NCBI RefSeq assembly: GCF_001194135.2 | Contig: NC_068983.1 | Coordinates: 129,156,684-129,216,822, forward strand | From: Octopus bimaculoides | Taxonomy: Eukaryota | DNA: 60,139 nt | Direction: 5' to 3' | Part shown: positions 49,833 through 60,139 of the stretch, one piece after another | How positions within the stretch are numbered: the first letter of the stretch is position 1 | How the letters are laid out: each line of letters begins with the position of its first letter | The notes under the pieces: model-generated | What the model saw: only the letters and a program-made list of their open reading frames with translations | What the model was told of the DNA's origin: nothing | The model's database searches: none | Position numbers and translations under genes: made by a program

Positions 49833-52327
49833 CTTCATTAAATTTAATTTATATATTTATAAATTTATAATCATTTAATATAAAGATGATGGTATAATTA
49901 AATCTAATATCTTAAATTCATCTACTAATGTAGTAGATGAATATATATTGTACTTAATACCAAATTTATAAATTAATCCTCTGAAATATTATAGATATCC
50001 TGAATAATATTAAAAACACACACAAATCATTCAGTATAATAACTAATAGTTTTGCCTCATGCCTCAAAGCATTCACTTTAAAAAAAAAAAAAAAAAATGA
50101 AATCATTCGGCATTATATCAAAACTTTGGCCTCAGTTACAATTCCCGTATCTTCTGGTCTATGAAACAGATCGGTATTTAAACCGAAGAGCTGAATTTTG
50201 GGGAACATCCTGGGTTATCCACACATACTGTGCACCGGTGTTTAAAGGGTAACTTTGTTTAAAAAACCTATAGAGCTACGGGTCCGCTGTTAGCTTTTTT
50301 TTTTCTCGACATATTTGTTGTTTCAAAATGCCTTATTTCACAATTATGGAATGTATTGCTATTGTTATGATTTTATCTTTCTATAGTCAGCAACAAACTC
50401 ATTTCGTCAATATTAAAGTCTTTATTAGTTTAAAAATAATTTTATCGAAACATGAAGTTAAAACAAAACAAATATGCTTTGTTTTCTTCCAGGCACCAAA
50501 GAACTGTAGCAGTAGTCTTTCAAGTTGCTCACCGACCAACCTTTCCTCTGAAAATAATCAGTGGAATCATTCGATCTCCATACACAAAATATTATCCTCT
50601 TGAATCTCTTAGAAAATACACACATTAGGTGCATATTTCTATAAACAACACACTTAATTTCTCTGGTAAGAAATAGCGGCTTGTAAACCGGAAAATACGG
50701 TGTTTCATTATAAAGCTTAAGAAATTATCATAGAGGAAAAAGAAAATGTCTTTGAGGTTCTCTTGCAGTTATGCAAATATTAAAATTTTACCACAACCTA
50801 ATACACCTATTAAATTTCTAATATATTTTTTTTAAAAAGTAGTTTAAGATTAATTTGACTTTTTTTATTCATACATTCATATGCATAAATGTGAATTTCA
50901 TGAATTCACTAGTGGATATGAATCGAAAGAAATTGTTGGATTTATATTTGTTTTACTTATTTGTTATACGATATATCTTATTATAGTTAAATCTATTTAT
51001 ACATATGCATATGTATGTATATGTACGTGTATATGTCTATATAAGTATATATATATATATATATATATGTGTACTTCTGCAAAAGTCTGCTACGTTATAT
51101 ATTGTTAACAATTTAACTAAAAAACAGTATAGTTTACAATATTTGTAGTTTGCACATGTATTTAATTGATTCACGGTGGTACTTTTCTCTTAGAAAGTAA
51201 GTAAATATATGTTTTTTTTTACTTGCTATTTACTAACAATAACGCTTGTCTTAGGNNNNNNNNNNNNNNNNNNNNNNNNNNNNNNNNNNNNNNNNNNNNN
51301 NNNNNNNNNNNNNNNNNNNNNNNNNNNNNNNNNNNNNNNNNNNNNNNNNNNNNNNNNNNNNNNNNNNNNNNNNNNNNNNNNNNNNNNNNNNNNNNNNNNN
51401 NNNNNNNNNNNNNNNNNNNNNNNNNNNNNNNNNNNNNNNNNNNNNNNNNNNNNNNNNNNNNNNNNNNNNNNNNNNNNNNNNNNNNNNNNNNNNNNNNNNN
51501 NNNNNNNNNNNNNNNNNNNNNNNNNNNNNNNNNNNNNNNNNNNNNNNNNNNNNNNNNNNNNNNNNNNNNNNNNNNNNNNNNNNNNNNNNNNNNNNNNNNN
51601 NNNNNNNNNNNNNNNNNNNNNNNNNNAAAAAAAAAAAAACATTTGACTTAACCAGACCTTACAGGCTAGTAATTAATTCCAAGCAGATTTTAACTGATTT
51701 TATTTGTTTTGTTTTTTTGTTTCATCTTATCAGACATAGTGATTCAAATCTTAAGAGGGCACAAGCCACTTCCTTATAAGGAAAGGAAGGGGGTAAACAA
51801 TATACACGGATATGGTTATAAAGATTATTTTGGTTTTCGTGACACTATTATAGGTGGGGGGGAGGTTCACTACTAGCAAACCAGTTTATAATGTAATAGG
51901 GGAAGTTTAACGTAAGGCACCTAGGTCAAAAGTATATAAAATAAAGTTGTTATATATGTACAGATACAGTATGTGTTTGTTTATAATTTTCATTAATCAA
52001 AATAATATATCAGTATTGTTTTACATATACTAAGTATGGAAACTTTGAGATACCAATATTTGTTTAATGAATATGTGAATAAATAAAAGTTAATTATAAA
52101 TTAATAAATTAATAAAGAAATAGGAAATAAAATGAAATAGTGTATAGTAATGTAACTAACCAATACATTCAGTATGCAAAAACCATGAAGTAGTATTAAT
52201 TTTAAAAGCTTTGGTAAAGTACATTTAGACTTATTTACACCACTATAAAGAACCATAGCTAAGATATGAAATTAACATTTTTTAATATATATTGGACCAA
52301 ACATTATTTTAAATTATATAAAAATTA

Positions 52328-52670
52328 GAATTAAAACTAATATATTAATATCATTTAAAGGACACATAAAAGATAAAATTTATTTTATAACTACTATAAA
52401 AAAATTGATATATAGGATTTACATGGTTTATAATGATGGACTCGTTTAGGTTTAGGAAACTAGCAAAATGAATAATTGGAATTAACATAGAATATAATGG
52501 TGAAAATTAAAACTTATATATCTAATATCATTTAAAGGACACATAAGAGATAGAATTTATTTTATAACACATGTAAAGAATCGATATATAGGATTTACAT
52601 AGTTTATAATAATGGACTCATCAAGGTTTAAGAAACTCATAAAATGAATGGTTGGAATTAACAAAGAATA
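52328..52670 (+). repeat. Diverged tandem duplication, period about 177 bp
   Basis: taatatcatttaaaggacacataa at 52346 and 52523; shared gatatataggatttacat, tggactc, tggaattaaca. Confidence 0.92.
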
Positions 52671-53988
52671 GAATAGTAGTCCAAACAGCTACTATAGAAC
52701 ATGGTAATTATGTGCTAGTTTATTTAGACCACATTATCTTAAATAATCAAGAACTTATGTTAACTAACATGGGCCAAGTACAAAATCATAATGGAACAAT
52801 GGTTAGATTTATTTAGGTCACCAATAGAATAACAGTAATAATACTACCACAAACCATAGAATAATGGAATAATATGGATCCTTTAGTATCAGGCATTAAA
52901 TAAAATTTAAAATGTTTGAAATCTAATAAAAAACAAACTATTAAGAACTTTTAAAACATCCTATTCATTTAAGATAAATAAAGTAAAATACATATTAAAA
53001 CTAACAGCAACAGCAAAAGTGATATGAAAAAGTTTAAGTAAAACCATATAACATCCATGAATAAAGTTGAAATTTTAGTTATCACAGGAAGATTATACAT
53101 TAAGGTGAGAAATCAAAAACTTGCTACCTGATGACTAATGAAGCCAATATTGAATGGAAGCGTCTATTGCAACATTCATAAGCGATCTGCGGTGTAGCAT
53201 TTGTTTCTCGCAGCCTGAATTTTCTTTCGTCATCTCTCTTCTTTCCTCTGTCGTTCAGCATCAAAGTGATGATGTAATGATGCCCTAAGCTTCAATATTC
53301 AAGGCTTGAGAATCAATTACAGTCAGTTTTAGGCTTTACTTGAGATAGGCCCTTCTATCGATGGAGAGGATAGCCACGGAATTTTCTTCCGGTGGTGAGT
53401 TCACCATATAAAATTTGATGAGGCAGCTTGGTCTCTTTCTTGTAGAGGAAGAAAAGAGGTGGGGAGAGGGAGTGTTGACGTGAGTTAGTTTAGGTTTGAG
53501 ATCTCCTTGCTAGGCGGGTTCCCATGCACTATGGCCCTAAATGCATCTACTCCGGCACTACATAGAGTAACATGCGAGATCCAGAATATGGGTTGCAACG
53601 GAATGCCGCTAGCTGCAATGCCACTACATTTGCGCCGTTCTAGCGAGTCTGTCAGGCGTCGCCCTTTTCCGTTGGGATCAATCCTTGAGTTCGGAGAACT
53701 AACTTCCTCCGCTTGATCCGCTTTCGGGTGACTTGGTTTGGTGTGGTGAGGGACAAGGACAGCACTCCTGTGCTGCTCTTTTCTGAGTAAATCTTGTTTT
53801 TATTTCTGATGTGTGCCCTCACACCCTCTTGTAAGATCAAGCAGGCTTAACCAAGATAAGAGCCGGTTTAGTCGCCGACGACCCGACCATGGTTGACAGA
53901 AGCGGGAGCATACATTTACCTGTTGTCCCCCAAAAGATACCTCAGCACCAAATATGTACGTGTGTGTGTGTGTGTGTNNNNNNNNNNT

Positions 53989-54034
<46 letters not shown>

Positions 54035-54608
54035 TAGAGAGATATATATATAGAGAGAGATAGAGAGAGAGAAAGAGAGAATTATGTGTGTATGCATGAC
54101 GAGAAAGAGGAAGAAATAGAACGAAGAAAGGAGATGGATCTCTCTAGAAACTTGTGCAAAGTTTAACATTGTTATTTGACAAAAATTGTGAGAGTTTATT
54201 TTAGAGAGGAAAGTATTAGATCCGTACAGATATTCTGCATTTACATTGCAAATTAAGCGAATTTTTTTGTTAAGAGATATTCCCATCAACACTATAATTA
54301 CGTTGCTCTCTACTCAACTTCAACACAAGTTGCTGGTGAATATTTTGTTTCTCAGTATCAGAAAGAGGAATAGTAATGTTGCGAGAAAACATATTTCATT
54401 GAGGTCATACACACTTCAATATATGGAAAAAATAGGATCACACAGGCAGAGACAATATATATATATATATGTATCTTCACTCATGTATACATACTAACAC
54501 TCGTACATTTACACAAATACACACACGCACGCATAGGAGCATATGCACAATGACCTACACATAAGAACCGCTTATCTCTCTCTATCTATCTAACTATATA
54601 CTTACCTA

Positions 54609-54687
<79 letters not shown>

Positions 54688-55789
54688 ATTCATATGCATG
54701 TATATGAATATATGTGCATATATATATAATATATGTATGTATGNNNNNNNNNNNNNNNNNNNNNNNNNNNNNNNNNNNNNNNNNNNNNNNNNNNNNNNNN
54801 NNNNNNNNNNNNNNNNNNNNNNNNNNNNNNNNNNNNNNNNNNNNNNNNNNNNNNNNNNNNNNNNNNNNNNNNNNNNNNNNNNNNNNNNNNNNNNNNNNNN
54901 NNNNNNNNNNNNNNNNNNNNNNNNNNNNNNNNNNNNNNNNNNNNNNNNNNNNNNNNNNNNNNNNATATATATATATATTTGAACGCATCACTTCATAAAT
55001 ACATACTTATACCTATATACACCTATGTACGTATATACGCATGTTGTGATTGTCTGTATAAATACACACGTATATACCGATACATACACTTATGTATGGG
55101 TTATGTGATAGTGAAACGAGAATGAATATGAATTACAAAATATCTAAAATAGGTCGTTTATTTATCAGGACATAGCGGAAAATGTAACGGAATATCCTGG
55201 ACGGAAGGGAAAAAAGCCAATTATTGTATTAGAGGAGAAATTATAGTGTTCTTAAGGTCTAACTTTAGAAATTGAAGGAGTGGAACCAAAACTTCCACCA
55301 ACCAGTCGAGTGGGGAAATAGTTCACTTGAGCGTTTTGATTCAGATGAAATTATATGGCGTTTTGCTTATTGCACAAACTTAGAAATGTGTGCATTCATT
55401 CGGGTATATATGTATAAAAAAAATAGACGAAAATATAATATCAATCGTATAAATATAATATAAACTTAAAAATATAGCAATAAAATGTACATATGTTTGT
55501 ATGCATGTATATATATACAAATATATGCATATTCATCCACACATATGTATTTGACTCTGTGTGTGTGCGTGTGCGGGTGTATATTTGACAGTCTGTGTAG
55601 CGGAAGGATGTCATGCATATTCTGGAAATATTAAACATATATTAAATTATGAAGTACAAAATGAGTAATTATAACGAAAATGAAAACTCACTTATGAAAT
55701 GTAATCAATTTAGGCGATTCTGTGTATCTGTTCTTCTTTATTTCTCTGGAAGCCATTCTAACCCAATCAGCTGAAATAGTTCAGTACCA

Positions 55790-57420
55790 TGCACGCACTG
55801 AGCTCACCAGCTAGTGTTGAGTCGTTGAAAGAACTTACTGCTTTGTTCATGCAACACATCTTCCGATTTAACTTCAGTTAACCTTTATATCTCTTCATTG
55901 GTGTTTTAACGGAAATCTTATTGGTAGATATCAGTCCCAAATTAAATATTTTGTGATTGAGATCGCTTTCCATCTTAACTACATGACTATACCATGAAAA
56001 TTAGAGTCTCGGTATGGTATTAATGCCTGCATAATACTTATTCGTCTGTTAGATATGATTACTCTAGTGTGTAAAATGTCTTACGACAGGATGTTAGAAA
56101 TTTTGGTGGATTTTGTTATATAGCTCTTAGCTATATGTATTACTTAGTTATATGATATATGGAGAGAAATGCAGGTGAAGATTTATATATCTGCCAGAAA
56201 CAACACATGGTATTCGCAATTCTGGAAGTGACAGTGTTTCCCATTGTTGGTTTATAGAAAGTTTTAATGACACTTTCCCATTAATAGATATTTCTGGATT
56301 ATTCGGTTTGTAGTCTGGCCTCGATTTGTGTCAGTGCATGATTTCATTATAACCCATGCCGATTACAAGAACAAAGTTTATTGCAGCAGAAGAGAACCTT
56401 TCAGTGAATATGAACATCAAGGAGCCAGACATCTAGAAAAGCATTTCATGTTGAAAGATTTCGTACGAAGTCGATGATGATTAAAATATAGTCATCCATC
56501 TGGATATTTATTTTGGAGCCAAGAGAATTTCTCTGATAGCTCTGTCATACACGTTGAGAGAGGATGCTGAATATATTTGAGATCAAAGAAATACTTTATA
56601 CTATTTGACACAAGAAACGTTCTGCCGCATTTCCATTTCTAAAACAATTCTTTGAACCCGATTTTCAAGTGATGTAATGGAATTGACATAATCAGGAGGA
56701 TAACTAATTTTAGAGAGAGATTTGCAAGTGTTCTCACATTTAACATTATCAAATGCATTCGAGAGCTCAATAAAGCCTAGGGAGAGATCAAATCCTTCCT
56801 CTCTGACACTTCCATAACATAGTGAAAAGCCATGGGATATTCTTCGTTTTCTACGAGAAGCACGCTGTCTCTCTCGCATAAGAACTCGTTGAAAGAGATA
56901 GCCATTGAATCGCAGGTATATATTTCCTTTCCTGTTATGTACAGGTATATAGTTTCCTTTCCAGTTATGTACAAAGAAATACCATGGTGATTATCGAAGT
57001 TCTTATCAAATTTCTTGTTGTGGAAGCGGAATATATTTTTTATTCTTTGAAAACTTGTAGAATCGATTTTTTGTTCTTGATAAGATGTTTGCGAAGCTTT
57101 CGAATAATGTTAGATGTGGCAAAATCTCACTAGACACCATCTATGTACTTCAATTTGTGATAGTACTTCATTTATTGGATACTGTTTCAGATTTTAAAGA
57201 AGCTTTTAAATATTGAGGGCTTCTTTGAAACATTAAAATATTGAAGCAATCATTTCCACATATCGGATAAGTTTAAAAATATCCTTGTGATAGACTTATT
57301 CATTTGAATGCTCATCTATTTAAATTGTATTAAAACCATCGTCATAGGATTTCTTTTCACCAAATTTCTCTGTCACCGCGACTTTGACCCAACAGTTTTC
57401 AGAAAGCTGATGTAAGCTAC
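55790..57420 (-). mobile_element. RTE-clade LINE reverse transcriptase remnant, highly degenerate
   Basis: DNHHGISL; GFIELSNAFDNVK..LSKISYPPDYVNSITSL (AFIDLxKAFD..GCPPxF); FNHHRLRTK; downstream HVVKMESD..MKRYKG. Confidence 0.8.
56913..56973 (+). repeat. 29/30-bp tandem duplication inside the RTE remnant
   Basis: caggtatatatttcctttcctgttatgta / caggtatatagtttcctttccagttatgtaca. Confidence 0.9.
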
Positions 57421-57582
57421 ATTGATTTCGTACTGGAAACAAGAATTCGAAAGACGAAATTGCTGAAATTTTTAGAGGTGATTAGTAATGTCATCAGTCA
57501 TAAATTTTGATGTTTGCATTTGCTAAATTGCAGCACTTCGGACAGTGCTAGTATTTTGTCGTTAATATTGGTCAACAGACAA

Positions 57583-57795
57583 GGCGGCGACTGGCAGAAT
57601 TGTTAGCACGTTGGATACGATTCCTTATCGGCATTTCGGCCGTCATTACGTCGTGAGCCCAAATTTCTCGGACGTTGAATTTCCTTTTCATTCTTTCGAG
57701 GTCGATAAAATAAATAACGGTGGAGAAATGGGATCGATTTAATCGACACAGCCCGTCCCCAAAATGTTGGCCTCCTGACAAAATTTGAAATCAAT
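57583..57795 (+). mobile_element. tRNA-derived SINE, near full length
   Basis: ggcggcgactggcagaattgttagcac (A-box) ... ttcattctttcgaggtcgataaaataa ... cgatttaatcgac ... aaatttgaaatcaata. Confidence 0.88.
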
Positions 57796-57799
57796 ACTG

Positions 57800-58450
57800 G
57801 GCAGCAGAAATATCAGTTAAGGGATTTTTTCTCCGGGCTTCATTCAATTTTGTTTTAAGTAAAGTGTTGATCTAAAGCCATTTATTTCTTGTATATTGAA
57901 GCCGAGTCTTGGAGTCATTCTCTTCAATGGATTTGCATTTTTCTGCGTGTCAGTAATACGTTGAGCCCACACCAAAACCTGATCAGACAAAAGTAGTGAA
58001 GAAAAGAAAGAACATGTCTGATTGATTTAATGTCTAGTTGACGATTAATAAAAAAAATAGCGATAACGTTTGTGTCAGTTTTTTCTGTGTGAATTTTGAC
58101 AGGTTTTGTTTTAGGTAGTCTATATACTGAAAGAGTGTATTAGTGTTTCAATGGGAAAGCTATTCAGATTGAAAGAGGAATTGTCTAATTAGAACTTTGA
58201 TTTCTAAGACAATGTGCTACAACACTGTCATACAAGTCATCAACAAGACATTTTTGTCAGTTGAAAATGTTAGCATAGAAGCGTCTTTTCTTTGCAGCGT
58301 CTGATATCAATACTGATAGAATTCAAAGAAATAATTAATGTTTCATTCCATCAGAATAAATATGAAATGGCAATATTCTTGGGCTAAGCTCATCTAATAG
58401 TTTAACAGTATGTTTTTATTTAGCTGCCTCTGATTAATGGAAACACGTCA
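57800..58450 (-). mobile_element. Probable upstream continuation of the RTE remnant (endonuclease-RT linker)
   Basis: Minus EENDSK resembles the RTE linker WFDENDSEI; collinear with 55790-57420; weak. Confidence 0.4.
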
Positions 58451-58959
58451 TCCCTACGATTTGCAGTTTCGTCACGTTTCAAGAAAAACGTAGACTTTAT
58501 ACTCGTAGGCAACTGAAACATATACATCAAGTCACAAACCCTCCCACACGAACACAATGAGACATGAATTTCATTATTAATACTTATATAAATACTTATT
58601 TGTGAATGGGTGTGTGTATGTGTCTATATATATATATATATATATNNNNNNNNNNNNNNNNNNNNNNNNNNNNNNNNNNNNNNNNNNNNNNNNNNNNNNN
58701 NNNNNNNNNNNNNNNNNNNNNNNNNNNNNNNNNNNNNNNNNNNNNNNNNNNNNNNNNNNNNNNNNNNNNNNNNNNNNNNNNNNNNNNNNNNNNNNNNNNN
58801 NNNNNNNNNNNNNNNNNNNNNNNNNNNNNNNNNNNNNNNNNNNNNNNNNNNNNNNNNNNNNNNNNNNNNNNNNNNNNNNNNNNNNNNNNNNNNNNNNNNN
58901 NNNNNNNNNNNNNNNNNNNNNNNNNNNNNNNNNNNNNNNNNNNNNNNNNNNNNNNNNNT

Positions 58960-58981
58960 ATATATATATATATATATATAT

Positions 58982-59032
<51 letters not shown>
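58960..59032 (+). repeat. (TA)n-(TAGA)n microsatellite after gap
   Basis: Direct reading. Confidence 0.95.
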
Positions 59033-60139
59033 CGTATGTATATGCATATACGTGTATCCAACAACCAACAATATTACAACCACTACTGGAGACACTAAAA
59101 ATACTGCTACGCTATTGATGTACACCTGCAATATGGTAATAAGAACCCCATCTGTAGTGACATATTAGAGTCTACCCTCCTTCCTTCCGCAAACTTACTC
59201 TCTATCACTTTCAATAGCAGAACGTCACTGTTAAAAACCGATTACCAGAAGAAAACTCAATACTGCACCATATGATTTCTGTATAAAAACATGAACGTCC
59301 ACATGTTATGAAAGTTTCAATAAATTAGACATGTTAGATTCATTAAAGGCTTTTATAAAAATATTTTATTCTAGCATAAATAGGTCGTCTTAAAACGATG
59401 AGAACGGTTAGCTGTTTGTTTAAAAACGTGCATATTTTCTTTTAGCTTACCACGATAAATTCATTGAGGTATTTTCCGTTTTTGTAATAGAAGTTTACTC
59501 CCGTGAGAACTGTTGTCTCCTACAGAATATTATTTAGAGACATGCACTCACATTCTTGTGTAATATTAGTGCTTGACGTAAGTGGGATAGTTCCTACTCT
59601 ATACTGAGTACTTTCTGGCATCTACACCTGTAATGAAATTTAATCTATAACAATGAATTCTTTCTCCTGTATGTGCTACTATATCGCATAGATTTAATTA
59701 TAAACTTTATTACGGTGAAATTAAACGGTATAGCTCTACAATATATTAGTGGAATGAAAAATAGAGGAGCAAAGCAAGAGAAATATATATGCATATACGT
59801 CTACTTGAAACCGATATTTTTCTTTAATTGTTCGTTGTATAATATACTTTTCGTTTTTGTAAAGATACTCACTAAAAGGTTTTGTAAATACCTGTTAAGG
59901 CATTTTTGTAATTTTTATAGTTTAAGATTTCATTGCAGGTTTGGTTCTCACATTCAAAACTTCTATTTATTGCCTCATATTCCATCTTTCGCTCGCCAAA
60001 TATAAATTGAAAGCTACTTCGATGAGTGAATGATATTTTCCTTTTATGTACATATTATCTGCTACATCTCTACACATTCATTATAATGTTTCTCCTACAT
60101 TAACATACACACACGTGCTCATATATATATATATATATA

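Noticed and set aside
50493-50628. Strong acceptor ttttcttccag followed by an open frame
   Set aside because: Weak donor; the minus strand resembles a pogo DDE remnant (GDRMIPLIIFRGK); neither reading is supportable.
52560-53130. Apparent ORF if TAA/TAG = Gln (ciliate-type code contaminant)
   Set aside because: Frame is not kept across the 177-bp duplication, the product resembles nothing I know, and TpA excess explains the stops.

Overview
AT-rich, microsatellite-dense, heavily gapped animal genomic DNA. The SINE families and repeat spectrum look like an octopod cephalopod short-read assembly (inference). I can support no host protein-coding gene; nearly all listed ORFs are microsatellite or N-run artefacts. 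Recognisable content is decayed mobile DNA: R4/Dong-like RLE LINE pieces tied to (TTA)n tracts, RTE and Tx1/L1 LINE remnants, a Penelope-like GIY-YIG fragment, Tc1 and mariner remnants, Helitron fragments including a complete 91-bp mini-Helitron, a MITE-like inverted repeat and about 9 tRNA-derived SINE pieces. Most unusual: several 0.3-1.5 kb non-repetitive blocks have inverted dinucleotide polarity (TpA>ApT, ApC+GpT>CpA+TpG) and read like ordinary DNA only when reversed or complemented, not reverse-complemented. That could be an assembly error, RIP-like CpA-to-TpA hypermutation, or something unknown; it rests on small hand counts and needs testing. Also notable: an internally deleted Dong-like element whose N- and C-termini are fused in frame, and a strong shared orientation of TAA-linked elements. 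Boundaries of decayed elements are approximate.
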